DNA of 64,000 bases from Bacteroidales bacterium. GTDB lineage: Bacteria > Bacteroidota > Bacteroidia > Bacteroidales > WCHB1-69. The DNA is taken from contig JBBQWB010000001.1 of assembly GCA_038210985.1 (NCBI GenBank), forward strand, positions 41,518 through 105,517, in the 5' to 3' direction. This document shows positions 1 to 8,676 of this stretch, in pieces. The position numbers were made by a program, and so were the translations under genes. Position 1 is the first letter of the stretch. Every line of letters begins with the position of its first letter. The notes below the pieces were generated by a model that was not told where the DNA came from, did not search any database, and saw only the letters and a list, made by a program, of their open reading frames with translations.

Positions 1-507
1 ATTGGCTTAGTCATCTTTAGTAAAAAAGAACAAACAATTGGAGAAGTTAAAAAACGAAAAATAGGTCTTAGATACTCCTCTAAAGGACTTTTTTATTCTT
101 TTATTGGAGCTGTTTGTCAAGCTTCGGGATTGGTGATGAGTAAAGCAGGGTTAAATGACAATGTATCTCCTTTTCATGCTACTCAAATTCGCCTTTTTGC
201 AGGTATTTTTGGCTTTGTAATCTTAATTACTTATTTAAAACGGTGGAAGCCTGTTCTATCTTCTGTAAAAAATCATAGTGCATTTGCTACATTATCGTTG
301 GGTGCTTTTTTTGGCCCTTTTTTAGGAATTAGCTTTTCAATGCTTGCTATTACGTATGCAAATCCAGGAATCGTTCAAACCATAACTTCGGTTAATCCAA
401 TTTTAATTATTCCATTTTCCGTTTTCCTATTTAAGGAAAAAGTAAAAATTACCGAAATAATAGGTGCAGTAATAGCTGTTATTGGAGTTTCTTTGTTTTT
501 TCTATAA
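1..507 (+). CDS. EamA/DMT-family permease, C-terminal portion (5' end outside window)
   Basis: Frame of ORF 130..507 stays open back to base 1. Strongly hydrophobic multi-TM sequence with an EamA-like second-half pattern (NPILIIPFSVFLFKEKV...IGAVIAVIGVSLFF). Confidence 0.6.
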   Translation: MGLVIFSKKEQTIGEVKKRKIGLRYSSKGLFYSFIGAVCQASGLVMSKAGLNDNVSPFHATQIRLFAGIFGFVILITYLKRWKPVLSSVKNHSAFATLSLGAFFGPFLGISFSMLAITYANPGIVQTITSVNPILIIPFSVFLFKEKVKITEIIGAVIAVIGVSLFFL

Positions 508-617
508 AACTCGTTTTAAAAACCCTAAAAAATACTTGCTGTATTATAATTTTCATATTACTTTGTAGTTATATTGTTTGTTAAGTTACTTTTTGTTTAC
601 TTTGTAAAAAATTACTT

Positions 618-1640
618 TTGAAAAAAAATCTTGCAAACCTCTTAAAATCCTCAATATTCCTAAGTATAGGATTGTTTTTCGTGTGGATTTTTGTTCGTAA
701 ACTAACGTCCGAACAAATTGATGAAATATTTTTATCGGTAAAAAATGCAAACTATTGGTGGCTTTCTCTTACCTTTTTAATTGGTTTGGTTAGTCACTTT
801 GCACGAGCTTATCGCTCCATTTTAATGCTAAAACCAATGGGATATAATCCAAGTTTTCGAAATTCCTTTTTTGCCGTTATGGTTGGGTATTTTGCAAATT
901 TGGCATTACCTCGTTTAGGAGAGGTGTTACGTTGCTCGTTTTTAATGAAATACGAAAAAATACCTTTCCAAAAATCATTTGGGACTATCATTGCCGAACG
1001 TGCATTAGATTTAGTGATTTTTGTTCTACTTTTTATTACTGGACTCATCATCGAATTCGACCGATTATATGGTTATTTTCAGCAAAATGTTCTCAGCCCA
1101 ATGCAAAATAAAGTAGAAAATGTTTTAGGCAACATTGGGTTATATATAATATTTGGAATTGGATTTTTAGTACTGATTTTTATTTTCATTTATCGCAAAA
1201 GGCTGAATAATCTTTCCGTTTTTATTAAATTCAAATCTATATTTTGGGGTTTTATTGAAGGAATTACTTCCGTTACTAGAATAAAACAACCTATTTTATT
1301 TATTATATTGACAATTGCAATTTGGGGGTCATACTTTTCAATGACTTTAGTTGCATTTTATGCCTTCGATGGTTTGTCGCATTTACCTGTTTCGGCAGCT
1401 TTTTCGTGCTTTAATTTTGGAACTATCGCATTTATGCTCGTTCAAGGCGGTATTGGTATTTATCCTGCAATTATTGCCGAAATTTTAAAACTCTACGATG
1501 CTCCATTTATTGTTGCTTATGCTGCTGGCTGGGTGGGTTGGAGTATTCAAACCATTACCATAATTATACTAGGACTGCTTTCAATAATCATGGCCTCATT
1601 AACAAAAAACAAGAATGGATCATCAGACATCGATAAATAA
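618..1640 (+). CDS. UPF0104 / lysylphosphatidylglycerol-synthase-TM-like (flippase-like) integral membrane protein
   Basis: 340-aa polytopic membrane ORF with TTG start. Region FFAVMVGYFANLALPRLGEVLRC is typical of this family. Confidence 0.6.
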   Translation: MKKNLANLLKSSIFLSIGLFFVWIFVRKLTSEQIDEIFLSVKNANYWWLSLTFLIGLVSHFARAYRSILMLKPMGYNPSFRNSFFAVMVGYFANLALPRLGEVLRCSFLMKYEKIPFQKSFGTIIAERALDLVIFVLLFITGLIIEFDRLYGYFQQNVLSPMQNKVENVLGNIGLYIIFGIGFLVLIFIFIYRKRLNNLSVFIKFKSIFWGFIEGITSVTRIKQPILFIILTIAIWGSYFSMTLVAFYAFDGLSHLPVSAAFSCFNFGTIAFMLVQGGIGIYPAIIAEILKLYDAPFIVAYAAGWVGWSIQTITIIILGLLSIIMASLTKNKNGSSDIDK

Positions 1641-2106
1641 TAGAATTTATTTTAGCGAAACAATTTTACAGCAATTAGCTTTATGGCGGTTTAAAGGAAA
1701 AAAAATCAGCTTTACAAACGGATGTTTCGACATTCTTCATATTGGACATGCCGATTATTTATCCAAAGCTGCTTCTTATGGAGACATATTAATTGTAGGA
1801 CTAAATTCGGATAATTCGGTTCGCCGAATTAAAGGCGAAAATCGTCCAATAAACCCACAAGAAGCAAGGGCTTTTCTTCTAGCTTCGTTAAGATTTGTTG
1901 ATGCTGTAATTATTTTTGGCGAAGATACTCCTTACGGCATCATCAAGCTTATCCAGCCCGACTTTTTGATTAAAGGAAACGATTATAAGCCCGAAGAGAT
2001 TGTTGGTTATGATATAGTTAAAGCAAACGGTGGAGAGGTTATTACGATTCCTTTGGTGGAAGGTTTTTCTACTAGTTCAATTATCGAGAAATTAAATGAC
2101 AAATAA
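1615..2106 (+). CDS. Stand-alone cytidylyltransferase-fold enzyme, RfaE domain II type (heptose-1-phosphate adenylyltransferase-like)
   Basis: Nucleotidyltransferase signature FTNGCFDILHIGHADYL near the N-terminus. About 160 aa. Overlaps the upstream gene by 26 nt. Confidence 0.8.
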   Translation: MDHQTSINNRIYFSETILQQLALWRFKGKKISFTNGCFDILHIGHADYLSKAASYGDILIVGLNSDNSVRRIKGENRPINPQEARAFLLASLRFVDAVIIFGEDTPYGIIKLIQPDFLIKGNDYKPEEIVGYDIVKANGGEVITIPLVEGFSTSSIIEKLNDK

Positions 2107-2120
2107 TTAATACAAAAAAC

Positions 2121-2468
2121 ATGTCGAATGAAAATCCTTCGTGGGTGGATAGCCTTCCAGTAGCAATTACCGTTTGCGACATAAACGGGAATGTAATTGC
2201 AATGAACACAAAATCGAGAAAAACCTTCGAAAAATGGGGCGGTGAAGCCATAATTGGAAACTCCTTAATGCCATGTCATTCAGAAAAATCTCAGCACAAA
2301 ATAATGGAGATGATGTTGGAAGGAAAAATGAATGCTTATACAATTGAAAAAAACGGCATTAAGAAACTAATTTATCAATGTCCTTGGTTTAAAGATGGAA
2401 TTCAGGCTGGTCTTGTCGAACTTTCGCTAGAAATACCTTTAGAAATGCCTCATTTTGTCAGAAAATAA
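2121..2468 (+). CDS. Small cytoplasmic PAS-like domain protein
   Basis: 115 aa with no signal peptide. LPVAITVCDINGNVIAMN... resembles a single PAS fold; judged by eye only. Confidence 0.4.
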   Translation: MSNENPSWVDSLPVAITVCDINGNVIAMNTKSRKTFEKWGGEAIIGNSLMPCHSEKSQHKIMEMMLEGKMNAYTIEKNGIKKLIYQCPWFKDGIQAGLVELSLEIPLEMPHFVRK

Positions 2469-2604
2469 AATTTTCTGTACTAAAAAGTAAGACATTAAAA
2501 CTTCATAAAACTTACAACTCCTGTAATTTTACTATAAATTATTGATTGTTTTTAAATTACATTAACTTTTTTCTGAAAAGTTTTATTGTTTGTAAAAATT
2601 CTTA

Positions 2605-2612
2605 TATATTTG
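2605..2612 (+). promoter_or_regulatory. Candidate Bacteroidota -7 promoter box (TATATTTG)
   Basis: Matches the TAnnTTTG consensus 22 nt upstream of ATG 2634. TTG at 2586-2588 is a possible -33 element. Confidence 0.4.
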
Positions 2613-2633
2613 CCCAAAACAACTAAAGAAATT

Positions 2634-3326
2634 ATGAAACTAAAAGACATTTTAGTATTTGTTGGAGCAGTGGTATTCTTTTTACCTTTTTTTATTTTTG
2701 ATAGTGTATATCAATTTTATCTAACATTTAATACCGATCATGCTTTTTTAATGAGTTTTATAAAATTTGCTATTTTGGCAACTTTTGGCGAATCAATTGG
2801 TTCAAGAATTAAAACTGGAAACTTCATGAACAAAGGATTTGGACTAATTCCTCGTGCTGTAATTTGGGGTTTATTAGGTATTACTATAAAAATTTCGTTT
2901 GATGTTTTTAGCGGTGGCACCTTGGTCTTCTTGTCAAAAGCAGGATTTACCGAAGCTGTCGATTTGTTTAAAAGTCCCGACTTTTCTATCGAAAAATTAG
3001 GAGTAGCATTTTGCATTAGCTTTTTTCTAAATTTGGTTTATGCACCTTTTATGATGACTACCCACAAAATCACCGACATGCATATTGGTCAAAATAAAGG
3101 AAAATTAAAAACATTGATTACGCCTATTAAATTTGGCAAAAATATGGCTAATTTAAACTGGAATGTTCAATGGAATTTTGTGTTTAAAAGAACCATTCCT
3201 TTCTTTTGGATTCCAATGCATACTATAACATTTATTTTGCCCGAGCATTTTAGAGTGCTTTTTGCAGCAGTTTTGGGAATTGCTCTCGGTATTATATTAG
3301 CAATAGCATCTTTAAAAAGTAAATAA
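2634..3326 (+). CDS. Polytopic membrane protein, unknown function
   Basis: Listed ORF is 2586..3326. The internal ATG at 2634 (MKLKDILVF...) lies just downstream of a -7 box, so the TTG at 2586 is probably not the start. Several hydrophobic segments. Confidence 0.5.
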   Translation: MKLKDILVFVGAVVFFLPFFIFDSVYQFYLTFNTDHAFLMSFIKFAILATFGESIGSRIKTGNFMNKGFGLIPRAVIWGLLGITIKISFDVFSGGTLVFLSKAGFTEAVDLFKSPDFSIEKLGVAFCISFFLNLVYAPFMMTTHKITDMHIGQNKGKLKTLITPIKFGKNMANLNWNVQWNFVFKRTIPFFWIPMHTITFILPEHFRVLFAAVLGIALGIILAIASLKSK

Positions 3327-3351
3327 TTTTGAAATCAAGAAACTTTATTAT

Positions 3352-4671
3352 ATGAAAGACACACCTATTAATTACGACATCGTAAAGAAAATTATTACGG
3401 AAAGCCCAATAAAATGTATTGGAAAGGCATCTATCCGCGAAATTAAAAAACTAATTAACGACATCGAAAAAGCTACCTATACTAAATTTATCCGAATGGA
3501 AATGGGTGTTCCTGGTATTCCTGCTTCACAAATTGGAATTAATGCTCAAATTAAGGCACTTCAAAATAATGTAGCTGCTATTTATCCCGATATTGACGGA
3601 ATACCCGAATTAAAAGAGGAAGCTGCAAAGTTTTGCAAAAACTTTATCAACATTGAGGTAAAACCATACAATTGTATCCCTACTGTAGGTTCTATGATGG
3701 GTGGATTTGCATCTTTTCTAACACTCTCGAAAATGAATCCCAAAAAAGATACTACTCTTTTTATTGACCCTGGTTTCCCTGTTCAAAAACAACAACACAA
3801 AGTTTTAGGAATCAAATTTGAATCCTTTGATGTGTACGATTATCGTGGAGATAAACTTAGAGATAAGCTCGATTCAATGCTTTCAAAAGGAAACATTAAT
3901 TCGATGATTTATTCAAATCCTAATAATCCTGCATGGATTTGCTTTACCGATAAAGAATTGAGAATTATTGGCGAAATGGCAACTAAATACGATGTGGTGG
4001 TGATTGAAGATTTAGCCTATTTTGGAATGGATTTCCGAACGGATATTTCAAAGCCAGGTGTTCCTCCTTATCAGCCCAGCGTTGCAAAATATACCGATAA
4101 ATTTATTTTATTTATTTCTAGCTCCAAAGCTTTTAGTTATGCTGGCGAACGAATCGGAATAATGATTGTTTCGGATGCTCTGTTTTGTGAAGATTTCGAA
4201 GGCTTAACTCCTTTCTTTGGAACACCTACGTTTGGAAGAGCAATAGTTTATGGTGCCGTTTACTCCATAAGTTCGGGTACTTCTCATTCCGCTCAATATG
4301 CATTAGCCGCAATTTTAAAAGCATGCAACGATGGTAGCTATAATTATTTGAATGATGTTAAGGTATATGGAAGAAAAGCTTCCGAAATGAAAAAAATGTT
4401 TGTGGATAATGGATTTAAAATAGTTTACGACACCGATGGCGAAGAACCTATTGCAGACGGTTTTTATTTTACCATTTCATATCCAGGATTTAGTGGCGAA
4501 GACCTTTTAGAAGAATTTTTATACTATGGTATTAGTGCTATTTCATTAGGAATAACTGGAAGTATGCGAACCGAAGGGCTTAGAGCTTGCGTTTCGTTAG
4601 TGGATAAAAACCAATTTTCGGATTTAGAATACCGATTGGAAAAATTTAAAGAACATCATCCCTTGAAATAA
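3352..4671 (+). CDS. Class I/II (fold-type I) PLP-dependent aminotransferase
   Basis: 439 aa. PLP-lysine motif SSSKAFSYAGERIG and an NPNNPAW motif. Substrate specificity not assignable by eye. Confidence 0.8.
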   Translation: MKDTPINYDIVKKIITESPIKCIGKASIREIKKLINDIEKATYTKFIRMEMGVPGIPASQIGINAQIKALQNNVAAIYPDIDGIPELKEEAAKFCKNFINIEVKPYNCIPTVGSMMGGFASFLTLSKMNPKKDTTLFIDPGFPVQKQQHKVLGIKFESFDVYDYRGDKLRDKLDSMLSKGNINSMIYSNPNNPAWICFTDKELRIIGEMATKYDVVVIEDLAYFGMDFRTDISKPGVPPYQPSVAKYTDKFILFISSSKAFSYAGERIGIMIVSDALFCEDFEGLTPFFGTPTFGRAIVYGAVYSISSGTSHSAQYALAAILKACNDGSYNYLNDVKVYGRKASEMKKMFVDNGFKIVYDTDGEEPIADGFYFTISYPGFSGEDLLEEFLYYGISAISLGITGSMRTEGLRACVSLVDKNQFSDLEYRLEKFKEHHPLK

Positions 4672-4711
4672 AATAAGGTTTTGAATAGACTTTACATATT
4701 TTTTTTTAAAC

Positions 4712-4748
4712 AAAAGTGCCTGATTAAAAACAGGCACTTTTGTTTTTT
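4712..4748 (+). terminator. Rho-independent terminator
   Basis: AAAAGTGCCTG / loop ATTAAAAA / CAGGCACTTTT followed by a T-rich tail, about 40 nt after the aminotransferase stop. Confidence 0.75.
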
Positions 4749-4949
4749 ATCGAGGTAAATCTGCAATTTTACACGACAAACTAATTCAAAATCACTATAA
4801 ACCAAATAAAATGGTTTAAAAATGATGATTTCAGAGTTTGTCCTTTGTTTTCAGTTGTTTAAATAACCATATTGACTACTTGTCAAATTTAGTTGTTTGG
4901 AGGGCTAAAGCTGTATTATCTTTGGCTCATCAAACATATAAAAACAAAC

Positions 4950-5309
4950 ATGAAAACAAAAATAACAACCATCGCATTTCTTCTTTTAGTTTCAGTATTT
5001 AGTTTAAAAGCAAACAATGATGGAGAAGAAAAAGTAATCAATAAAAATCGCATCGAAATAATTAAAGATTTTATCAAGACTGAAGTTTTAAAAGAAAAAC
5101 CAATTTTCACTTCCGACTCAAAAGAACAAGTTCTTGCATTTGATGCTCGTATTGTTGAAGATGGTACAATTAAAGTTGAAAACATAAATTGCTCAAATCC
5201 TATTCAAGGCATGATGGTTCGCAACAAACTAGAAAGTCTTTTGATATACAATCCTGAAGATGTTGTTGGAAGCGTAATAACAATGAAGTTTAAATTTGTT
5301 CAAAAATAA
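4950..5309 (+). CDS. Small secreted protein, unknown function
   Basis: Listed ORF is 4893..5309. The ATG at 4950 gives a classic signal peptide, MKTKITTIAFLLLVSVFSLKA. Confidence 0.45.
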   Translation: MKTKITTIAFLLLVSVFSLKANNDGEEKVINKNRIEIIKDFIKTEVLKEKPIFTSDSKEQVLAFDARIVEDGTIKVENINCSNPIQGMMVRNKLESLLIYNPEDVVGSVITMKFKFVQK

Positions 5310-5361
5310 TCCTACCCTAACCCATCCCGGGTTAAAATCCTATCTGAATTTCCTGAAGATT

Positions 5362-5392
5362 AGCCGATTCCCTATCGGCTTTTCTTTTTTTT
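5362..5392 (+). terminator. Rho-independent terminator
   Basis: AGCCGAT / TCCCT / ATCGGCT stem-loop followed by TTTCTTTTTTTT. Confidence 0.7.
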
Positions 5393-5628
5393 AATTACTT
5401 GCATTTATTTGCTTTTAGCTATTATTTTTCTCGATTATAGGAAAAACTTTTACTTAGTTTATTTGTTTAACAATTGTCAGAATTGGCGTTAGATACATGT
5501 TTAATGGACTATTCTATCGATTAAAATAAAATAATGTTAAAGAAATATTTCAAAATTTGGCTTGGTTGTTGAAAGATAATAAAAAATAACTTACTTTTGA
5601 AACGGAAAGCTCGTTATTATTTTTTGAT

Positions 5629-5636
5629 TAATTTTG
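5629..5636 (+). promoter_or_regulatory. Candidate -7 promoter box (TAATTTTG)
   Basis: TAnnTTTG match 34 nt upstream of ATG 5671. A second match, TACTTTTG, lies at 5592-5599. Confidence 0.35.
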
Positions 5637-5670
5637 CTTTTTTTACAGATAACAATTAATATAATTAACA

Positions 5671-6117
5671 ATGAAGAAAATATTTTTAGTGTTTAGCTTA
5701 GTTTTGTTTAGTATTACTGTGTTTTCACAAGAGACAGCAAGGGAGTTGTTAGATCAAGGAGTTAATCAAATAACTCGAAAAAACTACAAAAAAGCCATTG
5801 AATTATTCGACAAAGCAATAGTACTTGATAATGGCGACCAAGAATTGTATGCTCATCGAGGTCAGGCTAAACATTATTTAGGCTTATATCAAGAAGCAAT
5901 TCTCGATTATAATAAAGCTATTCAAATTGAACCAGATTATGCTGAGGTTTATCACCTAAGAGGTCTAGCAAAAGCCGAATTAAAAGACATGAATGGTGCT
6001 TGCGAAGATTGGGAAAAATCTTACGAAAAAGGAGAAAAAAGAGCGATGGAATTGTTGATTGAATTTTGTAAGGAATACTTAGATAATGACGGTTCTACAA
6101 CTAAACCTAAAAAGTAA
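5671..6117 (+). CDS. Secreted TPR-repeat protein (paralog 1)
   Basis: Signal peptide MKKIFLVFSLVLFSITVFSQ. TPR pattern with the C-terminal motif GACEDWEKSYEKG...C. Confidence 0.75.
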   Translation: MKKIFLVFSLVLFSITVFSQETARELLDQGVNQITRKNYKKAIELFDKAIVLDNGDQELYAHRGQAKHYLGLYQEAILDYNKAIQIEPDYAEVYHLRGLAKAELKDMNGACEDWEKSYEKGEKRAMELLIEFCKEYLDNDGSTTKPKK

Positions 6118-6138
6118 TTTTAAAAAAAAAATCGGATT

Positions 6139-6570
6139 ATGAAAACATTGAAATTGACGCTAATATTTTCTTTTCTTTTATTCTTTATAAGTTCATTTTC
6201 TTTTGCTCAAAATACAGCGGATGATTATTTGAAGTGTGGAATTAAGCATCTGGAAAAAAAACATTACGATAAAGCACTTGAGAGTTTTGAAAATGCATAT
6301 GTGCTAAATTCTAACGACGCAAATATTTTAGCTTTCAGAGGACAAGCCAAGCATCATCTTAATAAGTATCAAGAAGCAATTTTAGATTATAATAAAGCCT
6401 TGGAATTGCAGCCAAATTACGCCGAAGTATTTCATTTACGTGGACTTGCAAGGTTTGAGCTAAAAGACACCACCGGTGCTTGCGAAGATTGGGACAAAGC
6501 AAATAAATTAGGCTATTCGGATGTAATAGATCTAATTATTCAATATTGTATGCCTAAAACTGCAGAATAA
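6139..6570 (+). CDS. Secreted TPR-repeat protein (paralog 2)
   Basis: Signal peptide. Long collinear identity to the upstream gene (RGQAKH.L..YQEAILDYNKA...P.YAEV.HLRGLA..ELKD..GACEDW.K). Confidence 0.75.
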   Translation: MKTLKLTLIFSFLLFFISSFSFAQNTADDYLKCGIKHLEKKHYDKALESFENAYVLNSNDANILAFRGQAKHHLNKYQEAILDYNKALELQPNYAEVFHLRGLARFELKDTTGACEDWDKANKLGYSDVIDLIIQYCMPKTAE

Positions 6571-6646
6571 AGGATAATTCTTCAATTAGATATACTCAAA
6601 TACCAAAAAAATCGTTAGCCAAATTAAGTATTGATGTATTTTCTAC

Positions 6647-6654
6647 TACTTTTG
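6647..6654 (+). promoter_or_regulatory. Candidate -7 promoter box (TACTTTTG)
   Basis: TAnnTTTG match 31 nt upstream of ATG 6685. Confidence 0.35.
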
Positions 6655-6684
6655 TTTGTATAAATTTATTTTTTGGTTAAAAGC

Positions 6685-7437
6685 ATGAAAAAAGTACTCT
6701 TTTTAATATTATTTGTTACAAGTTCTCTTACAAATAGCTTTTCACAATCCACCGTTGATTCAAGCGATTTTATTCTATTTTTCGATATTAATGTTGGCTA
6801 CGATATGCCTGCTGCGGACATGTCAAATCGCTTTGGAATGAACTCTATTGTTGGTGCTGGATTTAATATCAAAACTAGACAAAATTGGACATTTGGCTGC
6901 TCGTATAATTATTTTTTTGGCGATGATGTGAAAAATGAAAACGTATATTTATCCTCCATTTTAATATCCGAAGGTGTTATTATTGATGGAAACGGACAAT
7001 ATGCCGAAATTAATTTGATGGAAAGAGGATGGGACGCCTTTTTAAAATTTGGCAAAGTTTTTCCATTCTCGAAAAACAGAAACTCTGGTATTTGGATAAA
7101 CTCAGGTTTAGGATTATTACAACATAAAATTCTCATCAATAACCCTTTAAATTTAGCACCTCAAATAAAAGGCGATTACAAAAAAGGATACGATAAATTA
7201 TCAAATGGTTTTGCTTTAAATCAATTTGTTGGGTATGTTTGGATTAATAAAAAAAACATTTTTAATACCTATGCGGGATTTGAAATTACCGCTGCTTGGA
7301 CCGAAAATAGACGTTCTTGGGATTATATCCTTGCCAAAAAATTTGAGGAGAAAAGATTTGATGTGATTTTTGGTATAAAAGCAGGATGGATTATTCCAAT
7401 ATTCAAAAGGAGTCCCGACCCATTTTACTACAAATAA
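6685..7437 (+). CDS. Secreted, beta-rich (possibly outer-membrane) protein, unknown function
   Basis: Listed ORF is 6673..7437. The ATG at 6685 gives signal peptide MKKVLFLILFVTSSLTNSFSQ. Gly/aromatic-rich alternating pattern. Confidence 0.45.
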   Translation: MKKVLFLILFVTSSLTNSFSQSTVDSSDFILFFDINVGYDMPAADMSNRFGMNSIVGAGFNIKTRQNWTFGCSYNYFFGDDVKNENVYLSSILISEGVIIDGNGQYAEINLMERGWDAFLKFGKVFPFSKNRNSGIWINSGLGLLQHKILINNPLNLAPQIKGDYKKGYDKLSNGFALNQFVGYVWINKKNIFNTYAGFEITAAWTENRRSWDYILAKKFEEKRFDVIFGIKAGWIIPIFKRSPDPFYYK

Positions 7438-7446
7438 TAAAATGCT

Positions 7447-8676
7447 ATGAGGTTATTATATTCTCTTGCAATTTTTACATACAGCTTAATAATTAAAATT
7501 TTTTCAATATTTAATTCAAAGGCTAAACTATGGATTAATGGTAGAAAAAATGTATTCGAAAAATTGAAATTTTTTAAAAAGAGCAACTCAAATCCTATTA
7601 TCTGGGTTCATTGTGCTTCTTTGGGCGAATTTGAACAAGGTCGTCCTTTTATAGAAAAAATTAAAAAAGAAAAACCCGAATATCGGATACTGTTAACCTT
7701 TTTTTCTCCTTCAGGATTTGAAATCAGAAAAAAGTATTTAGTAGCCGATTATGTTTCATACTTGCCCCAGGATTCAATAAAAAACTCCAAAAAATTTATT
7801 GATATTATTTCTCCCAAAATGGTTTTCTTTGTAAAGTACGAATATTGGTACAACTATATTAATCAATTAAATAGAAAAGAAATACCCTTTTATATCATTT
7901 CCGCAATATTTCGCAAAAAACAAATTTTCTTTAAATGGTATGGCTCATGGTTTAGAAAGCAATTATTTAAAATTAGCTTTTTTTACACTCAAAACGACGA
8001 GAGTTTGCAACTGCTAAAAACCATAGGAATTACGAACGCAATAAAAACTGGAGATACTCGATTTGATAGAGTTGCCGAAATTTGTAGTAAACCATTCAAT
8101 ATTGAACAGTTTGCTGGTTTTGAAAAATCAAAAACCATTGTAATTGGAAGTAGTTGGCCCGATGATGAACAACTTATTCAAAAATCAATGTCGAAATTTC
8201 TGCAAATAAATTTAATTATTGCTCCCCATGATGTGGACGAAGAACGAATTTTATTTATTGAGAATATCTTTAAGGACAGAAAGTGCATTCGGTTTTCCAA
8301 ACTAATAAAATCAGAAACGCAAAATTTTGATGTTGTGATTATCGATTCCATTGGACTGTTAAGCAGTTTGTATCAATATGGTTTTTTAGCCTATATTGGT
8401 GGTGGTTTTAATAAAGGGATTCACAATATTTTAGAAGCTTCTTGTTACGGTATACCAATCGTATTTGGACCAAATTATTTAAAATTTCAAGAAGCAGTGT
8501 CGCTAATTAATGAGGGAGGAGCTTTTTCGGTTAATAATGAAGAAGATTTAAGCAGTTTAATATCTCGCCTTATTTCTAATCCAGAAGATACTGCAAGACG
8601 TAGTTTGATTTCGAAAAGCTTTACCCAGCAAAACATTGGTGCAACTGAAAAAATTTACTCACACGTTTTTAAATGA
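7447..8676 (+). CDS. waaA: 3-deoxy-D-manno-octulosonic acid (Kdo) transferase
   Basis: N-terminal signature IWVHCASLGEFEQGRPFIE and C-terminal GGGFNKGIHNILEA....P...GP motif of the KdtA/WaaA family. Confidence 0.9.
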   Translation: MRLLYSLAIFTYSLIIKIFSIFNSKAKLWINGRKNVFEKLKFFKKSNSNPIIWVHCASLGEFEQGRPFIEKIKKEKPEYRILLTFFSPSGFEIRKKYLVADYVSYLPQDSIKNSKKFIDIISPKMVFFVKYEYWYNYINQLNRKEIPFYIISAIFRKKQIFFKWYGSWFRKQLFKISFFYTQNDESLQLLKTIGITNAIKTGDTRFDRVAEICSKPFNIEQFAGFEKSKTIVIGSSWPDDEQLIQKSMSKFLQINLIIAPHDVDEERILFIENIFKDRKCIRFSKLIKSETQNFDVVIIDSIGLLSSLYQYGFLAYIGGGFNKGIHNILEASCYGIPIVFGPNYLKFQEAVSLINEGGAFSVNNEEDLSSLISRLISNPEDTARRSLISKSFTQQNIGATEKIYSHVFK

